A stretch of DNA of 64,000 bases from Octopus vulgaris (taxonomy: Eukaryota). The notes beneath the pieces were generated by a model that was given only the letters and a program-made list of their open reading frames with translations, ran no database searches and was not told where the DNA came from. Below are positions 1 through 13,857 of this stretch, in pieces (positions within the stretch are counted from its first letter, which is position 1; each line of letters starts with the position of its first letter). The stretch covers positions 75,950,001 through 76,014,000 of the forward strand of contig OX597824.1 in NCBI GenBank assembly GCA_951406725.2, given 5' to 3'. The translations under genes and the position numbers were made by a program.

Positions 1-957
1 TGTTAATTCCTTGTTAGCACAATTCATTAGCATTTATTAATTACTTGAATTCATTTTTCCATCATTTACAAATGAAATGATGTTGCAAAATCTTATTTTC
101 TTTTCCTATAAATTTGTGAAAACTTGTTAAAGGAATCTGTAGTTTCTACAACGTAGTTTGCCTTCAGTTCTTGGTGGGGTTGTATAGGGGCCCGGTTGTG
201 ACATACGGTATGGCTTGGGCATTTTAAACTTTGATGAAGCTCGTCCTTCTTCAACCCTGACTTCAGTTGAGTAAAAATGTGTGTTTCGGTTAATGTTTGA
301 TGGAACTGTTAGTTTTTGGTTAGATGTCTTGTCTGATTGTAATGCCATAACTATTCATAGTTCAATTGTCTAACCTCAGACAAGTTATCTATAACACAAC
401 CAATTGCTTGGGTAGGAGGTCAATAAAATAATTTATCACTAATGTACTAGTGGCTATCAAATAGAAAGTATGGATCTTCATATGTACAAACTGATCTTTT
501 GCTTAATGTTACACATCAGTACAAGGTGTAATGTGGCTAAAAATATCACAACTTGACCAAAGAAAGGAATGCAATCTCATTCTCATTGAAGCCAGCTAGA
601 TGAATACATCATTTGTTGCAAAAGATTGGTCTGGAACCCAAACAACTGATGAAAGCTGTTAGGGAGACAGCCATGGCAGCAAAGACTGGCACAAAGTGGT
701 TATGTTTGATAAGAGACCACAGATGGTACTCTCAGAGGCCTTGGTTTTCATTGGACAAGGTTGACCATACATCTATACTTATATGCACAGGACCTGCGCA
801 AGATTGTTTTGAGGAAGACAGGCAGTTCGTCATGCATGCAAGTCTCCCCTCTCTCTATGCTACTTATGTTTAACCAAGGGAAATGCTGCTGATTTTTTCA
901 GTTTTTTTTCAGTTCAATTTTTATTGGCTGAAAAAGCAAAAGCAAGTCCATGTAGGG

Positions 958-1337
958 GCACAGGGAGTTATGTACAGGGAGGGTGGTCATACAAAGAGTT
1001 CAGGCCATTTCTGGTCAAGAGAGACTTTGTACCGAGCGGTCGTCGGCATCTTCACTCTCTCGTCTGGCAGCTTATTCCACGGATCCGCAACCCAGACGGA
1101 GAAAGCCCCTCTACTTCGATTGAGATGAAATCGTCGAAGATAGAGCTTTTCGGAGTGACCCCGCATCCCACGCTCTGGAGTAGGGGTGAAGAACAGCTCT
1201 TTTGAGAGGTTACACTTTCCGCTTATGATGTTGGGAGCGAGAATGAGATCACCATGGTGTCGTCGTTTTTTGAGAGAATAAAGGCCGAGCGTCTTCAGCC
1301 TTTCCTCATAAGACAAATGAAGAAAGGCTGAAGACAC
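958..1337 (-). mobile_element. CR1-clade LINE 3' fragment (ORF2 C-terminus)
   Basis: ORF 987-1337 reads LSYEERLKTLGLYSLKKRR..GDLI..RGHSEKL..FSVWVADPWNKLP, the typical CR1 ORF2 C-terminal motifs. Confidence 0.85.
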
Positions 1338-1696
1338 TTGACCTTTATTCTCTCGAAAACTTTGGGGTGATACAGCTTAGCACCAGTGTTGTCACAATCA
1401 TTACTGCCGGTGTATAAAGATCTTCAACAAATATTGCAAACTATCTTGCCTGACTCCCAAGCAGTTTTGTCAATCCATGGCAATGGATTGATACTTAATT
1501 GTTGGCCCTGGAAAGATGAAAGGCAAGGTTAATCTCAGTAGGATTTGAACTCAGAATATAAAGAATTGAACCAACTGGCACAGGATGTTTAGCCAGCATT
1601 CTAACAACTGCAAATTTGATGCTGGTAGTAGCAGCTGAATCACCTACGTAGAGATTCCCTTGTTGGCTTAACATGTAGTATATTTTGCATCCAAGT

Positions 1697-1919
1697 ACCC
1701 TTTACCAGTCATATCAGGCCCTGGAATATTCTACTTGTTTTATGCTCAAACCAACCAGATCAGGCCTCTCATGCTTATATATCCTTCAATGTCATTCTAA
1801 AAATAAACAGTTACATCATTGAAATCTTGAAGCCACGGGATAACGTGTGATTAATCAAAAGCAACGCGAATAAATAAGCATTACGTTTGATAGAACAATC
1901 TGTATACTGGAAGGGTTAA
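1697..1919. mobile_element. piggyBac-like MITE family copy
   Basis: Shares the core gtcattctaaaaataaacagtt..catcat with the 16823 copy and ends ..GGAAGGG|TTAA. Confidence 0.7.
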
Positions 1920-3093
1920 ATTATGATCCATTGCATATTTAAGTTCTCTAAAGATGAAATTTCTAGTGATTTGATTGCAGCCTAATGTTTTTGTGCAGTA
2001 CATTAAGTTGCTTGTTTCAGTTAGAGTTACATGGGAATTGTTTGCTTTTATTGACTATTGGATTTTCAGTATGTTTATTTATTCTTTCCTTACATTGTTT
2101 CCTTCGTGTGTGTTTACACAATGGGCTGGCTACCTTGTTTTATATATCGTCTACTTAACAATTGTTGTTGTTGTTGTGTCTATTCGTTTTTGCTTGTTTG
2201 TCTTGTTCACATGAATGTCTCATTTGAGAGTTTTCATTGAGAACTTCTTCGTTTGTATAATAAATGTAAATTCAAGTATTTTAATAATAATTGATTCTTC
2301 TGTAACCTATGGAAATCGGGGATAAATGAAACATTAAGGCTGATGACGTTAGAATAATTTGGTTAATGAATATATTACGGAATCTTTTCCATGTTTAATG
2401 CATTTTATTTTAATTCATTTTATTTTAATTCATTTATTATTCATATTATTTATAATTTGATTTTTTTTTTTCAAACAAGGAGAATAATATTGTAAGTTGA
2501 TTGCAGAGTATAAAATGTAAATTGATGTGATTTAATTAATAATGAAATTAAGATTCTTTAAAAAAAAAAAAATGTCTGTTGTATCTTGTAAATAAGCTGA
2601 TGAATTGTTTGAAAAAGTTCTTTGTATTGAAAATTAATTTGTTATTGGGAGTTTGTTGAATACTGAATTATGGTTAGCTTTATACTTTAATGTTTCCTAA
2701 CCTGGCAAACCTCCTCAGCATCGTTATCATCATCGTTTCTATGCCTACTTTTCCCCCCATTCTGGTATGGGTTGGATGGAACTTTCTTGTCAGTGTAATT
2801 GACTTAATCCCTTTGTCCTTGTTTGTCCCCTTATGTTTAGCCCCTTGTGGGCAATAAAGAACTATATATATATATATGTATATCGTCATCATCACCATCG
2901 TTTAACGTCCATCTTCCATGCATGAGTAGGATGGTTGGCAAGAGCTGGCCAAGTAGAAAAACTACCGTACGCTACTGTGTCTGTTCTGGCAGGGATTTTG
3001 TGGCTGGATGCCCTTCCTAATACCAACCATAAATACATATTTACGTAAACATATAAATATAAATTTACATACACATAAATAAATAAAAAAATT

Positions 3094-3152
<59 letters not shown>

Positions 3153-3195
3153 GTTTACATACACACAAATAAATACACATTTTGGATAATGTCAT

Positions 3196-3613
3196 TACTC
3201 TTTACTCTTTACTCTTTTACTTGTTTCAGTCATTTGACTGCGGCCATGCTGGAGCACCGCCTTTTAGTCGAGCAAATCGACCCCGGGACTTATTCTTTGT
3301 AAGCCCAGTACTTATTCTATCGGTCTCTTTTGCCGAACTGCTAAGTGACGGGGACGTAAACACACCAGCATTGGTTGTCAAACAATGCTAGGGGGACAAA
3401 CACAGACGCACAAACATATACACACACACTTATATATATATACATATATACGACAGGCTTCTTTCAGTTTCCGTCTACCAAATCCACTCACAAGGCATTG
3501 GTTGGCCCGGGGCTATAGCAGAAGACACTTGCCCAAGATGCCACGCAGTGGGACTGAACCTGGAACCATGTGGCTGGTTAGCAAGCTACTTACCACACAG
3601 CCACTCCTGCGCC
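3196..3613 (-). mobile_element. tRNA-derived SINE family A, full length
   Basis: On the minus strand: GGCGCAGGAGTGGCTGTGTGG (A box), GGTTCAGTCCC (B box), CORE-like ttgggcaagtgtctt, internal TA/TG microsatellite, (AAAGAGT)n tail. Confidence 0.9.
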
Positions 3614-4010
3614 ACTCATTGAATCATTATTCCCCAAAAGAAAACCAAACAACAACAAAAAAAAAAAAACAATTGCCACAGTAGTCAAAGTCATGTGTAT
3701 AAATAACAAAGGCAACAAATTAGCTGTGATTTTGCAAATTAGCCTGCAGACTCATTTGTTGAGTCATTCTCCTTTTATCAGCCTTGTTGACTGATAAATG
3801 AGTGTGACTGAACCTTGTTATCAGCTGATCCTAGTTGATAGCATGGTTCATCTCATAACAGTATAATATATAGGCAACAAACAACATGTAAACTCAGCAA
3901 TTGCAACTAGTCTAACATGGTGAAAGTGAAACTGCTCAGGCATGACTGCGGTTAAGGATCTTGCTCTAGGATCATGTGCTATCAGGCTCAGTTCCACTGT
4001 ATGGTATTTT

Positions 4011-4503
4011 GGTATTTCGTCTGCCGTTACGTTCTGAGTTCAAATTCCGCCGAGGTCAACTTTGCCTTTCATCCTTTCGGGGTCGATAAATTAAGTACTA
4101 CTTACGCACTGGGGTCGATGTAATCGACTTAATACCTATGTCTGCCCTTGTTTGTCCCCTCTGTGTTTATACCCCCTTGTGGGTAGTAAAGAAATAGGTA
4201 TTTTGTGGGTAAGGTTCTTCTACTATAAACTGTGGCCAATCAGTACTTCTTAGGGAATTTGGCTAATCAAAACTGTGTGCAAACCTGTTATATAGCGAGC
4301 TGGTAGAACCGTTAGCTAGGTGAAATGCGTAGCCATATTTCGTCTGTCGTTACGTTCCGAGTTCAAATTCCGCCAAGGTCGACTTTGCCTTTCATCCTTT
4401 CGGGGTCGATAAATTAAGTACCAGTTACGCACTGGGATCGATGTAATCGACTTAATCCCTTAGTCTGTCCTTGTTTGTCCCCGCTGTGTGTAGTAAAGAA
4501 ATA
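4011..4503 (+). mobile_element. Two family B SINE copies (4011-4196, 4295-4503) nested in an older family A copy (about 3935-4780)
   Basis: Nin-type core in both copies. The first is flanked by ggtattttg duplications. Confidence 0.85.
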
Positions 4504-5449
4504 TATATATTGTTGTATTTGGAGATGGTCATGTTGCCAATTTAGTCAATATATATATGTCAGAGTGTCTTAGTTTCGTGTTTGTTCTTCCCTGGCACTT
4601 GACAGCTGGTGTTGGTTTATTTATGACCCAGTAATTTAACTGTTCAAAAGTGTTCAATAGAATATGTACCAGTTTTAAAAAGTTGTTACTGGGGTCTAGA
4701 TTTGTTTGACTAAACATTACAGGGTGGGACCACAACATGACTGCAAGCCTGTGATTGAAACAAGTTAAAGTTAAAAGTAGATGTGATTGGAGATGAATGA
4801 TTCAACTGCATTCAGCATTATGTGTTATGTTCCTCTCTTTGTGTGTGTATGTGTGTGTGAAAGAGAGAGAATTAGTGAGGCTAATAACATAGAAATTAAC
4901 ACAGCTAGGCATTTGGAAGGTGATGGAGATGGTAGAGAAAATAATGTGAATTGATGCTGATGCTGAATAATAGAATTGATGCTGATATTGTGTGAATGAG
5001 CAAGTGTTGAATTGCTGGTCAGAGTTCTACTAGAAATGGAGTTCAAGGCAGAAGACTGACTACCTATGGACAAAAGCAAAAGTGAAGGTTGTTGCTTCCT
5101 CAGTTTACCAGAAATAGCTGCAAATTCTTGAATTATTTAAATTCTAATTTTGACACAAGGCCAGCTGTTGATGTGGGCAAGAAGCACGTTGATTACATCC
5201 ACCATTGCATTGACTAGTACTTGCTTTATTGACACCGAAAAGACAAAAAGCAAAGTTAACCGAAGTAGCATTTGAACTCGGGATGCTTGCTACCTTGCTG
5301 TGGTGGGAACATTTTTTTGTTATTAATCGCATGCATTCTTCATTAGGGTTGATTGGGACCCAATCAATGCTGACAATTCCTTTCCTGCTGGAACTACCAA
5401 GCAGTTTATGGCATCTCTGTGTAATCTTTTGACCTGCCAGAAATAGCAA

Positions 5450-5796
5450 GCAGATCTTCAAACCACACTCCACAATATTTGGAAAATAAGCTATCAAAGG
5501 AATGCATCAGATAATGTCTGGAAATGATTCTTAGTGGTCACAAGAGGGCTCTCAATTTATAGATCTGCTTGTTCAGGGTTTGCAAGAACACCAGCAGCAG
5601 CAGCGTGTTGAGGAAGAAGTATGGCAGATCTTCAAACCACACTCCACAATATTTGGAAAATAAGCTATCAAAGGAATGCATTAGATAATGTCTGAAAATG
5701 ATTCTTAGTCACAACAAGAGGGCCCTAAATTTATAGGTCTGCTTGTTCAGGGTTTGCAAGAACAGTAGCAGTAGCAGCATGTTGAGGAAGAAGTAT
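5450..5796. repeat. Direct tandem duplication of about 176 bp
   Basis: gcagatcttcaaaccacactcc...gttgaggaagaagtatg occurs twice (5450 and 5626). Confidence 0.9.
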
Positions 5797-6895
5797 GTTA
5801 GATTAGGTAACCATGTTTCGCAAATGAAATAGGAAACGCAGCGTTGAGAAACTTGAAAGTATTCTTTTAGAGCTCGTTTCTTTTAATTAAACTCCACCAG
5901 CAATTGAAAAGATGCATGTTTGCATGATGACAATAGCACAGATGACAACAGTGATGATGAGGAAGATGGCATTGAGGATGATGATGACGATGATGTTCTT
6001 AGCTTAAGTGGCTGTGTTTTTGAAAATATACATCGGGTTTAACAAGACTTTGAAGGATATTCTACATACATTCTTGAAAACAAATATGCTTTTAGTTTTG
6101 ACTGATTTCTCCCCACCCCTCTCTCGCACACACATCTCCCCACTACCAACCATTACTCATCTATGTATTTTCTTTGCATTCACATTCTCATGTTTCAAGT
6201 AATATTTATCAAAACAATGATCTCCTTATAGCTTTGTCGTTTCATTTAATTTTTTAGTATTTTCATTTCATCTTAATATAATTTACTTCATGTATGTGTG
6301 TGAGCACGCGCGCACGCGCAGATAGATATGTAAGTATATATGATAAAAAAAAATTCTACAAAAATCCTACTGTACCATTTCAATTTGAATGAGAATTGAA
6401 CAGATTTTGTTTTTCTTTTTTTTTTATTTTCATATTTTATTCTTTTTTGGCAAAATCAAATCATCTAATGCAGTCTTTTACTTAAGATAAGATTCTCATC
6501 TTTTGACTTAAAAATATATTTGAGCAAACAATATTTTTTTTTCAAAGAATAGCTTCAAATAACACACATTTTTGAAAATTTAAGCTTAGGTTGTTTTTGA
6601 CTTTTTTTTATTTATTTTCTTACCCCTTCTCTTTCTCTTCCCCTTGCTTCTTCTAAGACTTAATCCATAACAATAATAGAGCATGGAATGATTCTTCGAA
6701 CACAATGTTGTTTGAAAATATGAATAATTTTTTCTTTTCTTTTTCCATATATATAATTTCCATGTAGTGGCACTTTTATTTCTTACTGAAAATTCTTCAA
6801 ATTTGCACTGTTTTTGTGTAAGACTGTATTGGTTAAATATGCATATGCAGGAGTATGTGCACACAATTGTGTGTATATCTCTCTACATATATATA

Positions 6896-6939
<44 letters not shown>

Positions 6940-7200
6940 CACTTACACACACTCGTGCACACCCATAAACACATGTGTGAGCACATAGGTGCAAAACAAG
7001 ATGGAAATATAGTCCCTTAATACCAAAGATTGAATAATAATGGTATTTTGTTTAAGCTGTAAAAACTTTGCAAACTGTTATTTAGAGTTTCATGTAACAG
7101 ATCATCAGACAATCATGACCCACTGATGATCTATTGTATGAAACTCTGCATTACAGTTTGTCGAGTCTACATGTACGAGGTGTAACTATGGCAGATAAAA

Positions 7201-7614
7201 GGCGGCGAGCTGGCAGAAACGCTAGCACGCCGGGCGAAATGCTTAGCGGTATTTCGTCTGCCGCTACATTCTGAGTTCAAATTCCGCCGAGGTCAACTTT
7301 GCCTTTCATCCTTTCGGGGTTGAGTAAATATGTACCAGTTACGCACTGGGGTTGATGTAATCAACTTAATCCATTTGTTTGTCCTTGTTTGTCCCCTCTG
7401 TGTTTAGCCCCTTGTGGGTAATAAAGAAATAGGTATTTCGTCTGCCGCTACATTCTGAGTTCAAATTCCGCCGAGGTCAACTTTGCCTTTCATCCTTTCA
7501 GGGTTGAGTAAATATGTACCAGTTACGCACTGGGGTTGATGTAATCAACTTAATCCATTTGTTTGTCCTTGTTTGTCCCCTCTATGTTTAGCCCCTTGTG
7601 GGTAGTAAAGAAAT
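7201..7614 (+). mobile_element. Family B SINE with tandemly duplicated 3' unit
   Basis: Head at 7201; the unit restarts at GGTATTTCGTCTGCC (about 7432). Approximately 22-bp imperfect TSD aggt(g/a)taactat(g/a)gcagataaa at 7178-7199 and 7615-7636. Confidence 0.9.
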
Positions 7615-7931
7615 AGGTATAACTATAGCAGATAAAGTACCAGACCCTTGTGAGTAATGTTATTTTTGTTGAGGAGAAGGGCAGGTTTTGGGCTTCATCA
7701 GTACCTACCTATCCTCTGGGTTAGAGAGAACACACTTTGCAATTAGTTTATTCATTTGAGTAGCCTTTTGAATATAAATATACAGTGGAACCCTGATTTA
7801 AGAATCTAATTCATTCCTGAAGGCTGTTTGTCACTTGAACTGCTCCTAGACCCAAACTATTTTTTCTGATGGAGACTCAAGAGAATCTAAAATGCTTGTA
7901 AACCAAAACTATTTTTCCCATTGGAAACCCA

Positions 7932-8308
7932 TTGGTCAAAAGCATTTCTTTTATGCTGTTTCAGTACACTTGCCAATCATTTTATATAGTTTTATCAGTT
8001 TATCAATCATTGGACTGTGGCCATGTAGATAGCATGACAAGTGTTTAAATCCGTTAGTGGATGCACTGTGTAATGGGAAATTGAAGCAGCAATATGGACT
8101 GAGTGAAAGTTAGACCGCAACTGAGACTCTCTTGCTGATGCTTCTAGCTTCTTGTCAGCCATTGTTCCTAGCTTGTGTGTTTGTTACTTGAGACACGTAC
8201 GTCATGCGTGAAGTTTTATGTTTAAAAAATTGTTCATAAACCACTTGTTCATATTGAGAAGCATTTGTAAATCAAGGTTGTGTGTGTGTATGTATGTATG
8301 TGTGTGTG

Positions 8309-8356
<48 letters not shown>

Positions 8357-8589
8357 GTTCAAATTTACAGAAAACAAAAGGCGGAGACAAGTGTAGGAAC
8401 AACAAGCAAGTGTATTAGTTTAACGCTTGGGAAGAATGGAAAAGTCTTTTACGGTTTGAACCTACTCTCTTCATCAGAAAGGATTAAGAGGTTAAAAAAA
8501 AAAAAAAGGAGAGAGAAAATAATGTGTTGAGATGAATGGTTCAACAGTGAGAGGCTGATGAATGAAAGATATATGTGCGTGTGCGTGCG

Positions 8590-8634
<45 letters not shown>

Positions 8635-8649
8635 GTATGTGTGTGTGTG

Positions 8650-8691
<42 letters not shown>

Positions 8692-9222
8692 TGTCCATGT
8701 GTAATTGTATTTGAATTATTGATAATTCAATTTTTTTTTGTCACTCCTTAATGATACACTTTCAATGCATAATTCTGATTAGTATATACATGCACACGTG
8801 CATACACATTCCCCCTCTATCTCTCCCCTTCTTACACTCCCACATGAATTTTTTTATTGTTTTCTTCATATGCTTCACCTGTATTTTCCTTGTCCTTTTA
8901 TTGTTGATATTTCCCCCTTTCATTCCTTTGGTGGTTTATTGACTTTTACAAAAGTGCATTTGTGTGGTCGACTTTTTCAAACGATCTGTAAGTGTTGCTG
9001 ATAGTAAGACATGTAGCCTCTTGTTTTCTTGCACCCAATTGACTGAAGAAGAATTGATCTGTTGATCCTATCAACTTTTGTCCTTCACTGGTCAAAAGTA
9101 CTTTTATGCTGTTTCAGTACACCTGTCAATTGTTTTATAGTTTTACCTATATCAATCATTGGACTGTTGCCATGTAGATAGCATGACAGTGTTCAAATCC
9201 ATCAATAGAAGCATAGTGTAAT
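7932..9222. repeat. Dispersed direct repeat of about 140 bp (7932-8075 and 9089-9222)
   Basis: tggtcaaaag..cttttatgctgtttcagtacac..atcaatcattggactgt.gccatgtagatagcatgaca. Confidence 0.75.
8955..8987 (+). CDS. Candidate 33-nt frame-preserving micro-exon
   Basis: Long upstream pyrimidine-rich tract, AAAG acceptor at 8951-8954, consensus donor GTAAGT at 8988-8993, length divisible by 3. The phase-2 frame reads AFVWSTFSND. Confidence 0.3.
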
Positions 9223-9256
9223 TAACTGATGGTTTCAAAGGGCTGAGCGTTCAAAT

Positions 9257-9575
9257 AGGTGCAGGCATGGCTGTGTAGTTAAGGAGTTGGTTTCCCAGTT
9301 ACATGGTTTTGGGTTCAGTCTCACTTTGTGTCACGTTGGGCAAGTGTCTTCTACTATATATTTCTTTACTACCCACAAGGGGCTAAACACAGAGGGGACA
9401 AACAAGGACAGACAAAGGGATTAAGTTGATTACATCGACCCAGTGCGAAACTGGTACTTTATTTATCGACTCCGAGAGGATGAAAGGCAAAGTTAACCTC
9501 GGCGGCTGTAGGTTGACCTAATCCCTGTGATTGGATTTGGTAGATGTAAACTAAAAAGAAGCCTGTCATAAATGT
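9257..9575. mobile_element. Family A SINE (+) interrupted by a family B SINE fragment (-, about 9361-9505)
   Basis: Head ggtgcaggcatggctgtgtag, then the reverse complement of the family B tail and core, after which family A resumes. Confidence 0.75.
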
Positions 9576-10539
9576 ACATGTGTGTTTGTTTCATTGCCTT
9601 GACATCACGTGATAGCCGTAAATGAGCTTCACTGTCATACAAGCAGTGTTGATTGTGTGCAGTTTTCTATGTAAACATGACTGGCCATGGGGGGGAAATG
9701 TTATCTTACTTGGAAACAGGTGAGGATTGGTGATAGGAAGGGCATAACAGATTCCATCTGACATGCAAGCCCAGAAAAATGGGCTTCAAAAATGGTGGGG
9801 CAGGGGAAAGATAATGATGAATAAATTATAGCTTGGAGAAAGCAAGAAGTCTTTAAGTGCTGTTCTTAATCATCATCATCCTTTTAATGTCCATTTTCCA
9901 GACGGGCATGGATTGGATGGCTCTTATGATCAACAAACATTTTCAGTAACAGTTAAATTTACTTTTATATAGTTTTCTTTTCTTTTTCTGTTTTTTTTTT
10001 TTTTTTTTTTTTAAACTCAAAAGTATGACCAATTCCATGCATCATTTTCACCATTCTTTTGGGCCAGACAAACCTTATTGAAGCAGTTTCTCTATGGCCG
10101 CAGGCCTTTCCTGTTGCCAGCTCTCATCTCATGGCAGATTGCAAATGATGACACCACTTGCATGGTTGATGACTAAATCAGCATGTCGCACACATGCACA
10201 CGCATATGTGCATGCATGCACACACACACACACACTTCTTACAGTTACATCTACCTATTCCACTCACAAGAAATTGGTTAGCTCAAGGCCATAGTTAAAG
10301 AAACTCTAGGCAGAGCTTGGCTCAGGGCTATACTTGAAGACAGTTGCCTTAGGTGTCATGCAATGGGATTGAACCTGAAACCACATGGTTGCAAAGTAAG
10401 CTGAACAACACAGCCAAGCTGGTCTGTGTTCTTTTATTAAAGTGTCAGCCTATCAATGCCACTCGTGTGTAAAAGCCACTTAAATCATTAATGATTGCCT
10501 CTTAATTAAATGCATTCAATTGTCGAAAGATTCTTTCTT

Positions 10540-10922
10540 TCTTTTTTCTTTTACTTGTTTCAGTCATTTGACTGCGGCCATGCTGGAGCACCGCCTTTAG
10601 TCAAGCAAATCGACCCCGGGACTTATTCTTTGTAAGCCCAGTACTTATTCTATCGGTCTCTTTTGCCGAACAGCTAAGTGACGGGGACGTAAACACACCA
10701 GCATCAGTTGTCAAGCAATGTTAGGGACACACACACACACACACACATTTACATATATACGACAGGCTTCTTTCAGTTTCCGTCTACCAAATCCACTCAC
10801 AAGGCATTGGTCGGCCTGGGGCTATAGCAGAAGACACTTGCCCAAGATGCCACGCAGTGGGACTGAACCCGCAGCCATGTGGTTGGTTAGCAAGCTACTT
10901 ACCACACAGCCACTCCTGCGCC
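10540..10922 (-). mobile_element. SINE family A
   Basis: Near-identical to 3196-3613. Confidence 0.9.
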
Positions 10923-11492
10923 TAATTACATAATTATTTTTATGCTTCCAATGGAAATAAGTTGGCAAAAACAGTCAATAAATACATTGTGAACTACTGT
11001 TTAATTCCAGTCTTAAGCAACATTATTGAAACGTATTTTATCACAGTTTTGTTTCTTGTAGTGCTGTTTGTTCTTGTTCTTGTTCCGTTTTGTGTCGTAT
11101 TTCATATCTTTTGCTGTTCATGTGAAAGAGAACCTGGTCTGCATTTGTTATGAGTGTAAATGAAATAATTCACGCACAATGATGGTAATAATAATAGATC
11201 TGCCTACTGGAACCTTGAGTGTTTGATAACGATATCTGTACTACTAGCTCTGCACTTAATACTTACTGAGCATTGTATATTTTTAAGTAGTCTTCATTTT
11301 GGTATTTTAAAACAAATAAATAAACAAAAAAAGTATTTAAAAATTATTTTTTATTATATCATTTAATGAATTTCTTTTAATTGTTTTAGTAATTTGTGGA
11401 ATATTAATGAAAAATATACCCTTTAAAATACACAAATTTTTTATGCTCTTATTACATTTTTATATATAGTTATTTTTCATATAAGGTTTTTG

Positions 11493-12236
11493 GGATCTTT
11501 ACCTTTTGACCGACAGATTTAGAAAATAATTTTTTGTAACTAAACACTTTCAAACTTCGTATACTGGTAGAATGTGTCATATAAAACATCTTTTACTCTT
11601 AGTGTTTTTGAGAAAAGTTTATGTTTACGAAGTTATTTCATTTTAAAGTTGTCGTATTTCGGTAATTTCAACCAATCAATGACGTGTATTCAGCTGAATA
11701 AAATCACTGCTGTTGTTTGTCAACAAGAACTTCCGGCGGTGTATATTTCGTTTGTCACTGTTATTTATGACATATTTCATCTCATTTACGTTTGTATGAA
11801 TAAACGAGTGTATCTGAAGCATGTTTACTTCATGACACCACCATAATCGTTTGTGCTTCATTTTTCATTTTTTTCCGTAACTCAAACCCTAACCCTAACA
11901 CTCTAGCCCTAACCCTAAAACCTTAAAGCTCAAACCAGTACAAATATGTGAACAATGTCATACATAACAGTGACAAACGAAATATGCACTGCCGATAGTT
12001 GTTGTTAACAAACAACGGCAGTAATTTTATTCAGCTGAATACACGTCATTGATTGGTTGAAATTACCGAAATACGACAACTTTAACACGAAATAACTTCG
12101 TAAATATAAACTTTTCTCAAAAACGCTAAGAGTAAAAGATATTTTATATGACACATTCTACCAGCATATGAAGTTTGAAAGTGTTTAGTTACAAAAAATT
12201 ATTTTCTAAATCTGCCGGTCAAAAAGGTAAAGATCC
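11493..12236. mobile_element. Long-TIR (foldback-like) MITE with 8-bp TSD
   Basis: Ends GGATCTTTACCTTTTGACCG...CGGTCAAAAAGGTAAAGATCC with about 270-bp imperfect inverted arms. TSD GGTTTTTG at 11485-11492 and 12237-12244. Central (AACCCT)-like repeats. Confidence 0.9.
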
Positions 12237-13817
12237 GGTTTTTGTTTTTTGGAGAGTAAAAAATTTAAGAAAAATAAGAATAAACTTCCATTATATATAT
12301 ATGGACATTTGTTTAAATTTGAGATACTCTTTATATTGCATTAGAAAACAGTCATGTCTTACTAAAATTGGATTCTATAACTTTGTTTTAGATTTATTAT
12401 TAAATTACTTTTTCCTTATTTATTTTTCCTAAATCCTTTTTCTGTATAAATCCAACTATTTATTTATTTTTTTGCATTCATGTGTTGTATATGTTTAATT
12501 CTATGGGGCAGCTTGAAAAAGGAGTAAATTACGAGTGACACTAAGTTTGTATAAATTATTATTGTCTTTTCTTTTCGTTACTGAAAAAAAAAAATACAAA
12601 ACAAAACAAAATGGAAAAAAAAAAACTAAAAGAATTTTTTCTTGACAAAAGTTTTTTTAAAAATTTCAAGTAGATGTTAGTAGAATTGCTGCTTGATGCA
12701 AATTTAGTATGAGTGTAGTGTGTGCATTTATGTGTGTATGTATATGTATATCTCTATGTATGTATATATTTATATACACACACATACAAACACACATGCA
12801 TACTGTATTTCTTCTTTCCACTATGCTGTTGTTTATTATATACTGCCCAGATTTTCTTCATGTCGTATAAAAAAATGAAATTTAAAAAAAGGGGAATTAA
12901 ATGTGCAATTTAAAGGACCTAATCTGTCTTTAGCTGTGTGGTGCTAAAGAGTATTTCGAACCATTTTCCTCTGTCTCTTTGTCAACTGTTGTTCTTTCCA
13001 ATATATATATATGTGTGTGTGAGTGTGTGTGTGTATATATATTTGGCTATTTGTTGTATTTGTTCAACCAATTGCTATGGTTGTCTCTCAATTTTATCCT
13101 TAAAACTTTAGCCATTGGTTTCGTCCACTGTTTCTCGTTAATGTGCTCTGCTAGCAACATCTATAAACGAAAATGTAGTCGTATTAGTAGTCATAGTAGT
13201 AGTAGAGTTGTGGGTAGGTAGTTACATGTTTTCAATTTAAAGAAAATAATTGCAGCTATGTACATTTTGTTCTTGTATTTTTTCTTTTGATTTTTCATTT
13301 TTTCCTTAAACAGAAGGATCACCATGTGCTTATCAAAGTACTCAAGTACCAGCTAGTAGGATAGAGTTAGAAAAACATACAGGGGAAAAAATTTCAATAT
13401 AAAGTTGATGTACATATACATAAACTTAGATTGACATTACTTTTTATCTTTTTGAAAGATGATGAATTAAATATCAGGCTATTAGCGCTGAGGCTGATAT
13501 AATTTATTTTTCAGTTCCAACACACCATAATCTTGGATCTGATCCATCTTCAAATTTATGCAGTTCAGTAATTTACATGTGTAATAGAAAGTAGTATCAT
13601 TTGTTATTTTGGTTTTGGATGTCAGCAAGTTAGTGTGGAAACCGTTCGGTTGTTGCTTGTCTTTCCACAAGATACTGGTATATATCCCTCATATTGTACA
13701 ATTCCATGTGGATAAAAGGACTTCTTGGGTATTTGGGATGGAATGCCTTTGATCATAAGTCTAGTCTATCAGAGTTGAAGGTGTGCCAAGTAGCCGTTGC
13801 TGCTGCTGCTGCTGCTG

Positions 13818-13857
<40 letters not shown>

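Noticed and set aside
127-348. 73-aa minus-strand ORF of ordinary composition
   Set aside because: No recognisable motif, and the nearest upstream acceptor leads to an in-frame stop. It cannot be supported.
3182-3684. Recurrent ORFs such as MLGGQTQTH..RQASFSFRLPNPLTRHW and MTTDAGVFTSPS (also at 10.7, 17.3, 26.3, 29.4, 35.8 and 63.6 kb)
   Set aside because: These are translations of SINE family A, not a gene family.
5925-5995. Acidic D/E-coding stretch
   Set aside because: Degenerate (GAT)n microsatellite with nearby stops and no splice signals.
11880-11925. Telomere-like TAACCC repeats
   Set aside because: Short, degenerate and internal to a MITE, so not a telomere.
13314-13402. HTGEK zinc-finger linker in the phase-1 frame after the 13313 acceptor
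   Set aside because: There is no C2H2 Cys/His pattern around it and a stop follows three codons later. Treated as chance.
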